From: Takakia lepidozioides
Taxonomy: Eukaryota; Plantae; Bryophyta
DNA: 64,000 nt
Direction of reading: 5' to 3'
NCBI GenBank assembly: GCA_030704615.1
Contig: CM060734.1
Span: 17,980,001 to 18,044,000 of the forward strand
Of the stretch, positions 12,573-24,603 are shown piece by piece. The notes beneath the pieces are model-generated. The model searched no databases. It had not been told where the DNA came from and worked only from the letters and a program-made list of their open reading frames with translations. Numbering within the stretch: the first letter of the stretch is position 1; each line of letters starts with the position of its first letter. Position numbers and translations under genes: made by a program.

Positions 12573-12739
12573 GCCAGTTAAGTCGAAGCGCCAAATTACC
12601 ATCCTGCAGGTAATTCTGAGCGTGGCCGCTTGTTTTTTTGGTCAAAAAAGACACAACCTTAAGTTTTAGACACAGTTTTCAAGGAATTCTCGACTGGTTG
12701 AGAGAAATTCCTTGCTTCTTTTCCATCCCTCGTAGTTCC

Positions 12740-13470
12740 TACATGGAAATTCGTTGCCGAAATTCCATCTGGCCGCGATTGCGATTAAATGCCGAATGGA
12801 AATTCGGCGCCGGTTTTCCATCCCCTCCACCCGAGTTGACTTTATTCCGGCGCCCCCTGTTGGATATTCGGTGCCGAATTTCCGTCCGGGGGTTGTAATG
12901 TGACGGCCAGGTGCCGGCCTCTCATCCCGAGCTGACTGCATCCGAACGGCCACGGATGTAAATTCGGCGCCGTTTTTCCATCCGGGGAGGTTTTTATGTC
13001 GGCCAGTTATCGGCCTGACCCCCCGACACGACTTCCTTTGGGGGGGCCCCGGATGGAAATTCGGCGCCGAATTTCTATCCGGGGGATGTTCTTTGTCGGA
13101 CAGGTGCCGGCCTCTCCGCCCGAGGCGACTTTATCCGGGCGGCCCCTGTTGGATATTCGGTGCCGAATTCCCGTCCGAGGGTTGTAATGTGACGGCCATG
13201 TGCCGGCCTCTCCCCCTGAGCCGACTGCATCCGAACGGCCCCGGATGTAAATTCGGCGCCGTTTTTCCATCCGGGGAGGTTTTTATGTCGGCCAGTTTTC
13301 GGCCTGACCCCCCGACACGACTTCCTTTGGGGGGGCCCGGATGGAAATTCAGCGCTGAATTTCCATCCGGGGGATGTTATCTGTCGGACAGGTGCCGGCC
13401 TCTCCGCCCGAGTCGACTTCATCAGGGCGGCCCCTGTTGGATATTCAGTGCCGAATTTCCATCCGGGGGT
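12740..13470. repeat. Second array with the same palindromic core at ~96-bp spacing, organised as a ~289-bp trimer repeat
   Basis: Cores near 12742, 12796, 12861, 12954, 13051, 13151, 13243, 13339 and 13439. The block starting at 12861 recurs at 13151 and 13439. Confidence 0.9.
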
Positions 13471-13766
13471 TGTAATGTGACGGCCCGGTGCCGGCTTCTC
13501 CCCTTCAGCCGACATCATCCGGGCGGCCCCCCACTTTCTGACTGCATACCGTTGGCAGTTATTGCGCAAAGACCAGGGGCCGCATTCCGGAGACAATGTT
13601 CATTAATACTCTGACTGTGGATTTTTGAGATAGTTGGCTCCCTGGATTTGGATGAGGCTTCGTCGCTCGGACAAATCGGCACCGCATTCCTTCCCATCGG
13701 TGCATCCCCCTTCTACCAGGGAGTTTGCCCGCACGCCATCCTGGCAGTCTTGTGTGCACATCTCCC

Positions 13767-16700
13767 ATGGCGGAAAACCCGAGCGCTACAGTGTACTGCC
13801 CTCCTCACGAGCATAGAGCTTCATTTCCGTGCAGAGGGGACATCTGCCGTGTGATGGAGAAATATCTGTGCGTTCGATACCACCTGAAACCAGGGTCGGT
13901 TTTTTTGGAGGAGGAAAGGAAGGACTCAAACGGCGTTGTTGTCGAGAGTATTGTTGTGCTCCACGATGATTTCGGCGATGGCAGGGAATGGCGAGTTCCA
14001 CCATCGGACAGCGTCATATACAGGGCGGTTGGGGACTTCATTTGCCCACCAAATGCACCTTCTATCCTGGCGCCTTCTACGAAACAATCCGCGAATCAGA
14101 GAGTGGGTACCTCAAAGAGAGAAGAAGTCCGCAACGAAGTAAATCCAGAGCCCAACCCATCAATGAAGACGAGCGAGAACCGGGTTGTTCACAACGTGTC
14201 CGACTCCGACGAGGTCATGGAAGTTCCGAGATCGTCCTGGAGATCAGGCAAGTCCTCAATGGACCTCAGTGGACGAGGGAGTCATATTCCCAGCACGAGC
14301 ACCGCAGTTCGATCCATTCTTGAAATTCTGCGAGGGCTTCACATGGATGGACACCACTCGGAGCTAGCCGGGCTGGACTACAGCAAGTTCGCAATTAAAT
14401 CGGTTACATGCCTTCCCGCAGACGTCGATGGTAATATCTTCTTTGAGTTCCCTCCTCGGACGGACTACTCGAGGGCGTCCGGAATGTTGACAGATATGGA
14501 TAGAAAACATCACGGTCATCCTTGGTGCGTCACCAAAACCACCAGCATGAAGATGCTCGATGGTGTGCGGGTGCGCTACGTTGTTTGTGCGGGCGCGTTG
14601 CGGTGTTTCTCCCCAACTTGCTTCCATTTTAAATCCAGAGGTCACAGGAACGAGACCGATTGGACAGGCACAGCTCATCAACCATTTCGAGCTCAGGAGA
14701 AGGTTTCGAACTCCACATTTAAGTGTGCACATTGCAAAGAACCACCACACTGCATGTCTGTTTGTGATGCCAAGCAGTTCTATGTGTTGCACCGTTTCCC
14801 TGACCTCACCCGAGCTTGCATACACGTTGGTTCCCATTGTCACAAATTGGCGAGGGGGAACTTGCGGGAGGCTGCCCAAGAGGCAGAGCAGCTCGTTCAG
14901 GAGGAGGTTAAGTTGAGACCGGGTGCCAAACCCAAACAGATACAGCTCCAAGCCGCCCATAAGATGGCATTGGCCAGAATTATGTCGGAAGACGGCTCCG
15001 ATAGAGTTCCTCTCGATGAGAAGGAAATGGAGGCATTGCTGGAGTCGGTGTCCCACGTCTGTTCACCGAATGTCCGAAACCACATTGTCTCATGCAAATA
15101 GAAAATTGGGCGTGGCTCGAATATGCACTCCATTCTGGAGGTGAAGCGACGATGTGGATATGACTACATTCATGGAAGTAGGTTTCCAGGACAAGGGACT
15201 GAGGCAGATCGTTGTTTCGTATTCAAAATGTCCACGTGTGGACCTGGCAGCGGCGTCGAACTGGTCGACAGGATGACGAGTGGGGACTTGTCAAATAGTT
15301 GGGTCATGTTTGACCATATCAAGCGAATTACAAATCACCAGTGGGTGACAATGGGTGCACATGTCTACGACACCCACTGCAGGATGCTAATGACAATTGC
15401 TATTTGTGAGATGAAAGGAGAGGACACACAATCGGAGATGCTTCTTTAGCAGGGAATAAACGAACAGATGGCCAAGGCGGGATTGCCCCCTCCCAATTTC
15501 CGTGGTTTCATGGCGGACAACGCACAAGCAAATTGGGCTGCCATCCGAAGGGTGTACGGGCAAGACCCCAATGTTCCCATGGAAGGCAAGGAGAGATCTT
15601 GTGGGTTCCATTTTCTGCAGAGCCTTTCGCAGTACACAACCAGGCTCGTGGCGCCAGATTTCACAGAGGAGCACCGTTCCATGTGTCTTGCGTGGAAGCG
15701 CGCTCCCACCTTGGATGATGCAGAGACACAGTTTGCATGTATACGGGCTTGGTGGACATCATCAGGTGCTGTAAGGAAATCAGACGAGGGAGCAATGGTC
15801 AGTTGGCTAGCATGGTGGCATTATCGTTTCCTCCAGTTTGGCGACTATATGCGGGAGGTGAGTTGCACGAATTCACGTCCCGTTGAATAATATTCTTGGC
15901 ATTATTTGTAACTTGCTTGTAACCTCAACATGTGCTTGTGCAGGAAATGTGTCTCGACTCCGACACCGACATGCCCACGACAAACATGGCCGAATCAGTG
16001 CATTCTTCTTGGCGTGCCTCCTCTGTGGCGCATCTGGTGGACATCCTCACTGCCACAACGGAGGACATTGTGAGGTCAATTATGCAGCAATGCAGGTACA
16101 ACGAGTTCTTGAAAGGGAAACAGTGGGGCTTGGGGCCGGACAGGCAAGAAATGCTGATGCGGACTGCCTCCAGATTGAAGAATCCTCGGAAGTGGGCAGC
16201 GGCTTTGCGAGAGGGCCTTCGGGACACGCCATTGCTTCGAAGAGGCCAACATTTGGAAGGAGATGTTCATACCCGTCCAGTAAGACGAAGACTTGACGAG
16301 GCACCTGGCGGGGAAGAGGATTCATGGCGAGTTGACAAGAATATTTGCACGCTCCCTCGTGGTCCCGTGATGTTGCCGAGGAGGTCTCGTCGAGCACCGC
16401 AAGTCCTGCACGTTCAAGATCGTCATCTCCTTTGAGCACAGGGCACGTGCTTGAGGAACATAACGAGCCATCTGTAGTAACGCAATACAACATACCCATT
16501 GTGGAGACAAGAGTGTCGGAGTCACAGTGGAGAATTGCAAGGACATTGCCGGCATTTCGAGGGAAGTGCTGCGCCATTCGGGTGGATACGAGAGCACGCT
16601 GTGGTGAGATGATTCGGAGGAACCCACACGGCGTTGTACCTGCACCTTGTTTCAGCGGCAGATTTTTGACTCCCACATTTGCTCACGCCACAACGCAGAC

Positions 16701-17361
16701 ATTTTGGTTCTGTAGGCACGACATAATGACCTGTGTATTTGACAAGCCCAAGTATGGGATTCAGGGAATGCCGGAGCCTCCGGGCGTCTGGCCTGTTGCA
16801 CCGAGTTGCAGCCTCTCTAAAAATGAGGCGGATGCTCTATTTGCAGCAGGATTTTGAATGGTGCAACGCACAAACGTCCCGACCCACGCATTTCCAGTTC
16901 CTCAGACCCAGCCATTGCAGACTGCTCGGTCCAGTAGAGACGGATTGGACAATTCTGCACATCCCACAATGCGATTCGGAAGAGTGAAGAGATGACACCC
17001 TCCCAACAAGTTGAATGAGACTCGGATTGCCAATGCTCTTGGGATGGCTTGCACTATTCAGAGCTCCGTGGACGTACCTCCACCCGGCCTTGGGCGTGTT
17101 TATCGGATGGCAACGGCCGGCTCGGCTGTGCGCGACGATGTATACACAATTACGATTGGAGTGGAGCCGACTTGCAATTGTACGGACTTCTCGTTGATGG
17201 AAGCAAAGAAGGGTTCAAAGTATTATCCGTGCAAGCATCTGTATTACATTTACCTGAAGAGGTTGAGGATGAACGTGACTATTGATGACTTTATTCATGC
17301 ACCGGCGTTGAGCGTGAACGAGCTGCACAAACTCCTCCTTAGGGATTCCAGAAATCATTGA
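13767..17361 (+). pseudogene. MULE-type transposase: GCM/WRKY-like zinc finger, DDE core, Cys-rich region, C-terminal SWIM finger
   Basis: CAGALRC...CAHC...C...HVGSHCH; catalytic-type WVMFDH, FMADNA, SCGFH (CxxH) and TTNMAES; SWIM TCNCTDF...PCKH. In-frame GT-AG intron at 15858-15943. In-frame stops at 15099, 15447 and 16855 and a frameshift near 16350-16430. Confidence 0.9.
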
Positions 17362-18002
17362 TGGGGCAAAGGGAATCCTCCATATGGATATTTTCAATTG
17401 CATTTTCATGTATCAGATTTTTTTTTGCAGTGTAATGAAATGCACCCCAAAACTCCTGGAATGAGGCAATATTCCATTCAAACTGAGATCCAACAGAAGC
17501 AGTTGTGGGGCCATTTCTGGAAAAATGGCGCCGAATTTCTCTATTTTGGGCCGAAAACTGGCTAAGTCCGAACATGCTCGGGAACGATGTCTGGAAAAAT
17601 GGCGCCGAATTTCCAGTTACATGGCCCAGAACTGCCCAACATCTGTGCAATCCCCGGCACCATGTACCGAAATTCAGCGCTACATTTCCAAATTTTGGGC
17701 TTACACACCTGTCCTGAGGGGACCTATAGCCGCGGAATTCGGCACCATTTTTTGCCAGAGAGACCTATTACCGCGAAATACGTCGCGGTTCTTTCCGGTT
17801 ACAGACCCTATTACCGCGAAATTCAGCGCCATTTTTGCACATGTCGCTGGGAATTGGCATGAGCGGAAGACGAAATATCATGAGCACAACTCTCAAAACT
17901 ACAATTTTCCCTTCAAGGTGCCGAATAATATATTTGATTTTTCTGACACATTGCATTAAATTAATGTTTTATAATGTTTTTTATTTTCGAAATTTGTACT
18001 TC

Positions 18003-18069
18003 TGCTCATGAAAACCGATTGTCTTGCTACCCCGCTCATGCCGCTCATGCTCATGAAATAGCTAACCTC
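18003..18069 (-). repeat. Right TIR with CATGAGC sub-repeats
   Basis: Reverse complement of the left terminus, followed directly by the TSD. Confidence 0.88.
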
Positions 18070-18557
18070 GGCTGTACCCTTTCAAGGAGCAAAAATTGAG
18101 GAAGCAATGCTTTTTGTTGCATTTTTTTTAGTCTCATTCCGCTCTATTTGTTGTTCCACTACAGGAACCAATTGTATATTGTGCCGTGATAGTGAGGGCG
18201 GAGCTATGCCCTCGCCATTATCGTCGCCAAACTCTATAGTCACGACTATTCTCTAGGGTTCCGATATTCTTATAGCATTTAAATCTGCTAATTCATCTTC
18301 TCTTTAATGGTTCCGCTACTCTGCCAAGGCCTCTACTTTTAGCCATGGTCGCCGCCATGGCTCCTTCCCCCGCTCAGCTTGCTCAGCTTGCTGTTGCGAG
18401 GGGGTCTCTGCGTTCTTCCCCACGGTCTGCCACCATGCCTTACAAGTGTATCACTATGCTCTTTTTAAGCTTTTTATTGTTGTTCTCAGAATGGTCTTTA
18501 CTTTCCAAGCCCTCTTCCAAGGAGATCGGGACCAACATCGACATCAACTAGTGCTTT

Positions 18558-19259
18558 GTGCGGAGCACAGCTACTCAGCTCTTTGCTTATAATGACGACA
18601 CAATTTGCGGGTGGAAGTTCTTCCACCCCCCCTCTCTGTTTCAAGATGCGACCTATGCAGCGAAGCATGTGTCTGCACCCACTCATAACCTCTACCGGCT
18701 TGCTACGACTGATGATGGTACTAAAAGCAAATACCAGAATAGGATCTATGCGGCGAAGCGCACCCAAGCATGTGCTCATCACAATTTTTGGCTCACACCG
18801 ACAATCAGCGTTCCTAAGAACAAGATTGGGATGATCTCAAAGCCTCAATCTTACAGTGGCGGCACAATGGGTACTTCTATGTGTACAACTCTCGCTACCC
18901 TCTTTTTGCTGGGTCTCCTTTGTGAGTCAGAAGAACAAAGTGTGGTACTCTTTGGAATTTCTAGGAACGACGACCCAGCTCATAGCTGGCAGTTCTTTCA
19001 CCCCTCCCCGTTGTACCAGGAAAAGATCTCCAATGATACGTGCTTACGCGCATCAGTTCGCCATTCTCACCGATTCGCACCAACCACTGAAGTCACTAGG
19101 AACAGGCTTGAGTGGCCCTCAAGACACCCATTCAATGAAGGTAACCTGGTGGCTATCTCTCTATGCAGAGTTCACACTACTCTAGGCTACCTGCATGTGC
19201 CTGGAGGATATCACGATGTTATCCGTTATCGTAAGGAGGTTTCTGCGCACTTATCTTGA
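18558..19259 (+). other. Unassigned ORF with an internal ~125-aa duplication, probably transposon-derived
   Basis: NDDTICGWKFFHPPSLFQ versus NDDPAHSWQFFHPSPLYQ, ~375 nt apart. No family recognised. Confidence 0.3.
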
Positions 19260-21149
19260 TGTGAAACCCACGGGCCCAACCATGTTCAAGCCGCGGCTTC
19301 TCTCCGGAGCCACACATGCCTGGCATCCATGATGCCCCCCTACTTTTGGAACCATGGCGCCCTCCCTAATTTTTGCAAGACAAGTGCCCGGGGCACCCAC
19401 TACACGACGTCATACAGCCGATCTGGGAAGCTTAGTCTGAACCTTGGGCACCTTAGAGGATGCGAGAAGGGGAGCAGGGCTCCCAGCCCACTGCGCAATG
19501 GTCACGATGACACCCCCCCACACTACCTAATCGCCAGTCCGATATCTCTACCTCGACCCAGTCACAACTTCAGTAGGTGCAATTATTCCTCACCCACTCG
19601 TTTCTTATCCAAATGCTTACAAGGTACTTTGACCCCCTGCTACCATTATTTTCCGCTTCACTATCTGATGATTACTAATCTTCCTCCCCAAATCAACTCC
19701 CATACTCTTGCAATGTGCTCTCACTTCCACTATCATCTCAGAATGTCTACCAAGATGTCGCCTGTACTCCCGTGCAGCCTCACTAATCCCAACCAAAACC
19801 CACACTTACAGAGATCTCAAAGTACAGTTGCCTCTTCCAATTATTATGCCATGTTGCATTTGCCACATACTCTTCCCTGCATTACTATAAACTCTGTAAG
19901 TTCTACCTCCAGTCTTTCTGCTTTTCTCTATAACCACCCCTGGACTACTGTGGTATACTCCAGGCCCAACATGAAGCCCTATGCTCTGAAGTACATGTGC
20001 GGGATGCCGGGGAATCCTCCACGTGAGCCTGGCCGCGTGCACTACAACAGATTCCGGCTTTTACGTCTGCTATTTTCCAGTCGTATCAGCCTTTTATGAC
20101 TGCATGACTGCCCAGTCAGATAAACCCAGTCAGTTGTGACAAATGAGTCGTAAGCGCCATAGAGTCATATCTGCCAGTCGTGGAGCTCACTGTTGACGTG
20201 GCAACGGGGACGCCTAATCATAGTCATTGATAAGACCGTAATAAATGACTGCGAATCCATGTCAGCTTCACGTGGAACGGAAGGGATATGCCACGTGTCA
20301 CGTCAAAGGAAAGGCGATAGGGTCTTCACGACTGGCATATGCGACTTCCGCGGATTAATCCCAGGACAGCACGTGGAGAATACTGGGAACGACACGTGGC
20401 ATGACAGGGTGACTTCCGCAGATTAACCCCAGGACAACATGTGGATTAGACTGGACATGACACGGGGCATGACAATATGGTGCGGGAAGGTCTTTTGTGA
20501 CTGGCATATATGACTTCGGACGTTTAATCCCAGGTCCACATGTGGAGTCAAATTATGCAGGATGGGGGTGGGGTGGTCGTTATGACTGGAACATATGACT
20601 TCCATGGTGCACTCTAGATACTGCACGTGACACGAGTATGGGCAAACACGAGGGGTGAAAGTGGCACATGGCGGAGGCTCTGTGGATGGGAGGTAGTCGT
20701 GTACATGACCGTAGTCATGGGCCTGACCCTAGCAGCATTAAAACATGAAAGCACCATTGAAACATGAAAGCACATTTGAAATTGGAACATCGATTCAAAT
20801 ACAACGTGACTTAATGTTCAGAGATCCGTTCCATAATCTAATCCGGTGCTGCTACAAAAATGCACAAAGTAGACTTCCAAATGCCTGAGTAGAAGATGCC
20901 CGGACTTGGTCACCCACCTTCAACTGCCATCCAGCCCGAAAATGGCAAAAGATACATGAGCAAGCTTTCAGGTAATACCATAGCAACAACAACATTGACA
21001 TATGTGAAACAAACTAACATCGCTAAGAATATGTCTAAGCACCATTACACAAACTCGATGTTGCAAAATGGAAAATTACAGGTAGAGAACCCTTACCCCA
21101 TTGTGGCAGTCAAGGACTGGAGTTTGGGAGTTGTCTTACTAACAGGTAG

Positions 21150-23030
21150 CGCGGTGGCTGCAAGCATCACACTCCACGACACCACATCTCATTCAGCCAT
21201 AGTGTTGAACACTCCCTTTGCATCCTCGATGCACCCACATTTGGCATACATGTCCACCGGGGCAGTGTTCAGAATGACATCTGGTAATTGACAGGCATAC
21301 ACCTTTTTGCCTCGATTGCCCCACCACAGAAAAGTATTCATTCCACAGCTTCTCCTCATCTCTGTTACCTGTTTTTGGATACTTTCCTGTTGTCACATTG
21401 GCAGTATCATGTCAAAGTCACTCCAAACTAGATTCAACCAGCTAACTTGCAGAATTGAACATGGAAATTTAGGGCCGATTCTGATAAGAGGGAAAAACAG
21501 GGTCTCATGTGTTGAAGAAGGTGCCTTCATTAGCAGTGCCTGATGTTATCAATTGTGCCGCTGCTGCTGCAGTTTCTAGTTGACCATCTACCCATGCAGG
21601 TTTCTTGTAGCTATCCTTCCACAGGGAATCATAGGTAATTTGGAGCTTGAAATCCGGGCCTCTTGGATGAATCTGCACCCACACTCTATCCCTGCTCCTT
21701 CCATCATGCCCACGAGAGTATTGTTCAAAATCACATCTGGTACAATTCCAGCTTTGGTGATGCAACCATGCACCTCTTTGCATGTGCTAATATTTCCAGC
21801 TTCCAGACCTTTGATCTTGATGCACTTAAGCAAGAGACAGACATACACATCTGAATCTGCTGAAATGCCTTGTTGGTTTAAAGTCTGTAGAGCCTCTGTC
21901 AGTCTGCCTGCCTCACAAAGCATCTTCACACTCTATCCCTGCTCCTTCAGCTATCCAGGCCTCTACACAAAATCATGCACACATCCTTGCTTTGCTGCTA
22001 GCAGCTGACAATGACAGCCTAGAATTGTTCCAGCAAACACCCCAACCCTACTGACTTAGAGGCTGTAGTATCCAAAGCCATGTCTGTTTCCAGAAAATTG
22101 TCTGATGAAAATGAAGTTAGGCAGAAAATTTCCCTGGACTTGTTTCCAGTCTGTGACATGGGGGAGGACATCATGGATGACCTCAAGGGTCTACCCACTC
22201 TTGGCACCAGACTGAAATTTAAACTCAGGGCAGGAATCCTACCTTTGAATAGCAAACAAAAGCAGAGAGGAAAGGGAGAGTGCAATTGCACCCAACTCAA
22301 CTAATCACACTAGTTCTTATGGTCAATTGCATCTGCTACTCTCTATAATCTGACAGGCATTCACCTTTTTGCCTCGGTTGTCCCACCATTTACTGGTCAG
22401 AAGAGTATTCATCCCACAGCTTCTCCTCATATCTGTTATCTGTTTTTGGATACTTTCTGTTGTCACATTGGCAGTATCATGTCAAAGTCGCTCCAAACAA
22501 GATTCACTCAACCTGCTAACTTGCAGAATTCAACACGGAAATTTAGGGCCAATTCTGATAAGAAGGAAAAATAGGGTGAAATGTGTTGAAAAAGGTGTCT
22601 TCTTTTGCAGTGCCTGATTTTATCCATTGTGCCGCTGCTGCGGCGGCTTCCAGTTGACCATCTGTTTCTTGTAGCTATCCTCCACATGGAATCATAGGTA
22701 ATCTGGAGCTTGAAATCCGGGCCTCTTAGATGAATCTGGACCCACAATCTATCCCTGCACTCCTTCAGCTATCCATGCCTTTGTACAAATCATGAATACA
22801 TCCTCAGCCTTGCTGCAGCTAGTAGCTGAAGCAGTTGACACTGACGCCCTAACCCTACCTACAATAACATGTCAAAATCACTCCAAAACCACCATAGATC
22901 CACCAACGAGCTTCTCCTCATCTATGTTATCTGTTTTTTGGATACTTTCCTACTGCCACATTGGCAGTAACTTGTCAAAGTCACTCCTAACCACCACAGA
23001 TCCACCCAACAACCTTCTATCTGTTTGAGT
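21150..23030 (-). pseudogene. Fragmented PLS-class PPR gene remnants interleaved with a repeated N-terminal/5' unit
   Basis: VDMYAKCGCIEDAKGVFNTMAE.DVVSWSVMLA (21155-21260); MLCEAGRLTEALQTL...YVCLLLKC; KEVHGCITKAGIVPDVILNNTLV. Homologous to 58780-64000. Confidence 0.85.
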
Positions 23031-24521
23031 TGAACCCTTGAATCAGCATCAAAAGAAACTTACAAATCTCTCACCTTCCTCTATTCCATCTTTCTCACAC
23101 AAACAGCCAGATTGTCATCCCTTGTTATCACACTTGTGTTGGTAACCAGCTAGACTCCTGCAAAATCAGCTGTGAGTAACTATGGCCACTTCACAAAGAG
23201 ACTGCAGAGGAAAAGGCATTGGAGATGGAGAGATAGAGATGGAGAAGTCTAAGTGGCAGACTTGTCCATGGAGGAAAATACTCAACAAACCTCTTGGTTA
23301 CTGAGAGACCTTCTCCACTTGTCAAACATGGATGAGTATGAAACAGCATTGACCGAGACCTGTGAGCTCTCACAAAACACAGCAGATGCAGATGACACAA
23401 TCTGCAGTCTTGCTGCTACCAGCAGCCCTGTGAGTAGAGCCCCTCCTAAAACACTAGCCAGTGCTGCTACCAACAAAGACTCAGCAAACTGCAACAGGTC
23501 ACATGGGGAATAGAAGGACAAAGACAGTTATAATTTCAGTTTGATTGAATGTTTGCCTCCCAAAAATGACTTCCTTACTGCTGACCTAAGCAATAAGTTG
23601 TATAGAATAAGTTGATACTTAACTTACCCAAATGTCAAAGTTTCCATTAATACTTGGAAGTACTAATCACCACATCCCTCAACTTTTGCAACCCAAAAGC
23701 GAGTGAAACCTAATCCCAGATTCCATTAAACCCTAAATCCTATACTGCCTGAGACAATGACACGAGCAAAAATGCAGCAAAGGAGGATGAAACTCACAAG
23801 CTGCGATGATATACTGCTATGGTGAGCCGAGCGACCTAGAAATTCCCCTGAGGAGGAGCAAGCAAGGGTCTGAACACCGAATTGCATCTCTCCCAAAGGG
23901 GAATTCAAGCTCGGGTCTTGTGGTAACTTCCTCTAGTACCATCTAGTACCTTGTAAACATCAGGAAGAATACCAAATCATGGTACTAACAGGAGCCATAG
24001 CCCACATTTGCAGTATGGACAAACTTCTCTACATCGTACATTAAGAGAAAGCCACACCTTGCGATTGCGGTTGTCACACCATCGTGAAGGATCTTTAAAA
24101 AACTCATGCCAGCTCTGCTCCGTACTGCGAATTCAGGGCCGAGTCTGATGAGAGGGCAAAACAGGCTGAAATAGGTCGAAGAAGAAGGTGCCCTCACCAC
24201 ATTGTTCTCGACCTTGTGTCATGACCCATGGAGGATTTGATTGACCATGAACCCAAACGGACCTCTTGTGTGTGCTGCTTGTGTTTGTAGTCCAGTAATG
24301 TCGGATTGGTCCATGAGAACCACCACAGTGCAGCTGAGCGAGCATAGATTGAAACACGACCTGCTAAGACCAAGCTGACTCTCCGAAGAACCTTGTAAAC
24401 AGCAGGAATAATACCAAATCATGGTACTAACCAAGAGCCCACATTTGCAGGATGGACAAACTTCTTCACATCGTACATTGAGAAAAAGCCACACCTTGCG
24501 ATTGCGGTTGTCCATCGTGAA

Positions 24522-24603
24522 GGTGGCCAGCCGCTTCCCATAGTAGTCAATGGCCACATCGTGCACCACATCTTCATGCCCCGATTCTAGGGTTTGAGTC
24601 CAT
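24522..24603 (-). pseudogene. SEC13: 5' fragment of a SEC13-like WD40 gene
   Basis: TQTLESGHEDVVHDVAIDYYGKRLAT matches the conserved SEC13 N-terminus. An ATG at 24603-24601 is out of frame and nothing further of the gene follows. Confidence 0.8.

Larger units (their letters stand above)
6742..18069 (+). mobile_element. Complete Mutator-like DNA transposon (MULE), 11,328 bp, carrying a ParB-methyltransferase cargo gene
   Basis: Perfect 9-bp TSD ggctgtacc at 6733-6741 and 18070-18078. Imperfect TIRs begin with G (left ggggctgctatttcatgagc; right rc gaggttagctatttcatgagc). Encloses a DDE/SWIM transposase. Confidence 0.93.

Noticed and set aside
11793-12654. Long ORFs (213-269 aa) over the 53-bp array
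   Set aside because: They are open in three frames because the GC-rich repeat lacks stops on that strand. The peptides are simple repeat translations.
11909-13470. CRISPR array
   Set aside because: The repeats are palindromic but the spacers are near-identical rather than unique, there are no cas genes, and the context is a eukaryotic transposon.
23705-23745. Telomere-like aaaccct motifs (also scattered near 34370 and 35340-35530)
   Set aside because: These are isolated copies with no tandem array.
24138-24180. Hammerhead ribozyme-like CTGATGAG...GAAA (also at ~60005 and ~61887)
   Set aside because: The sequence between the boxes cannot form stem II, and other copies of the unit read CTGATAAG.
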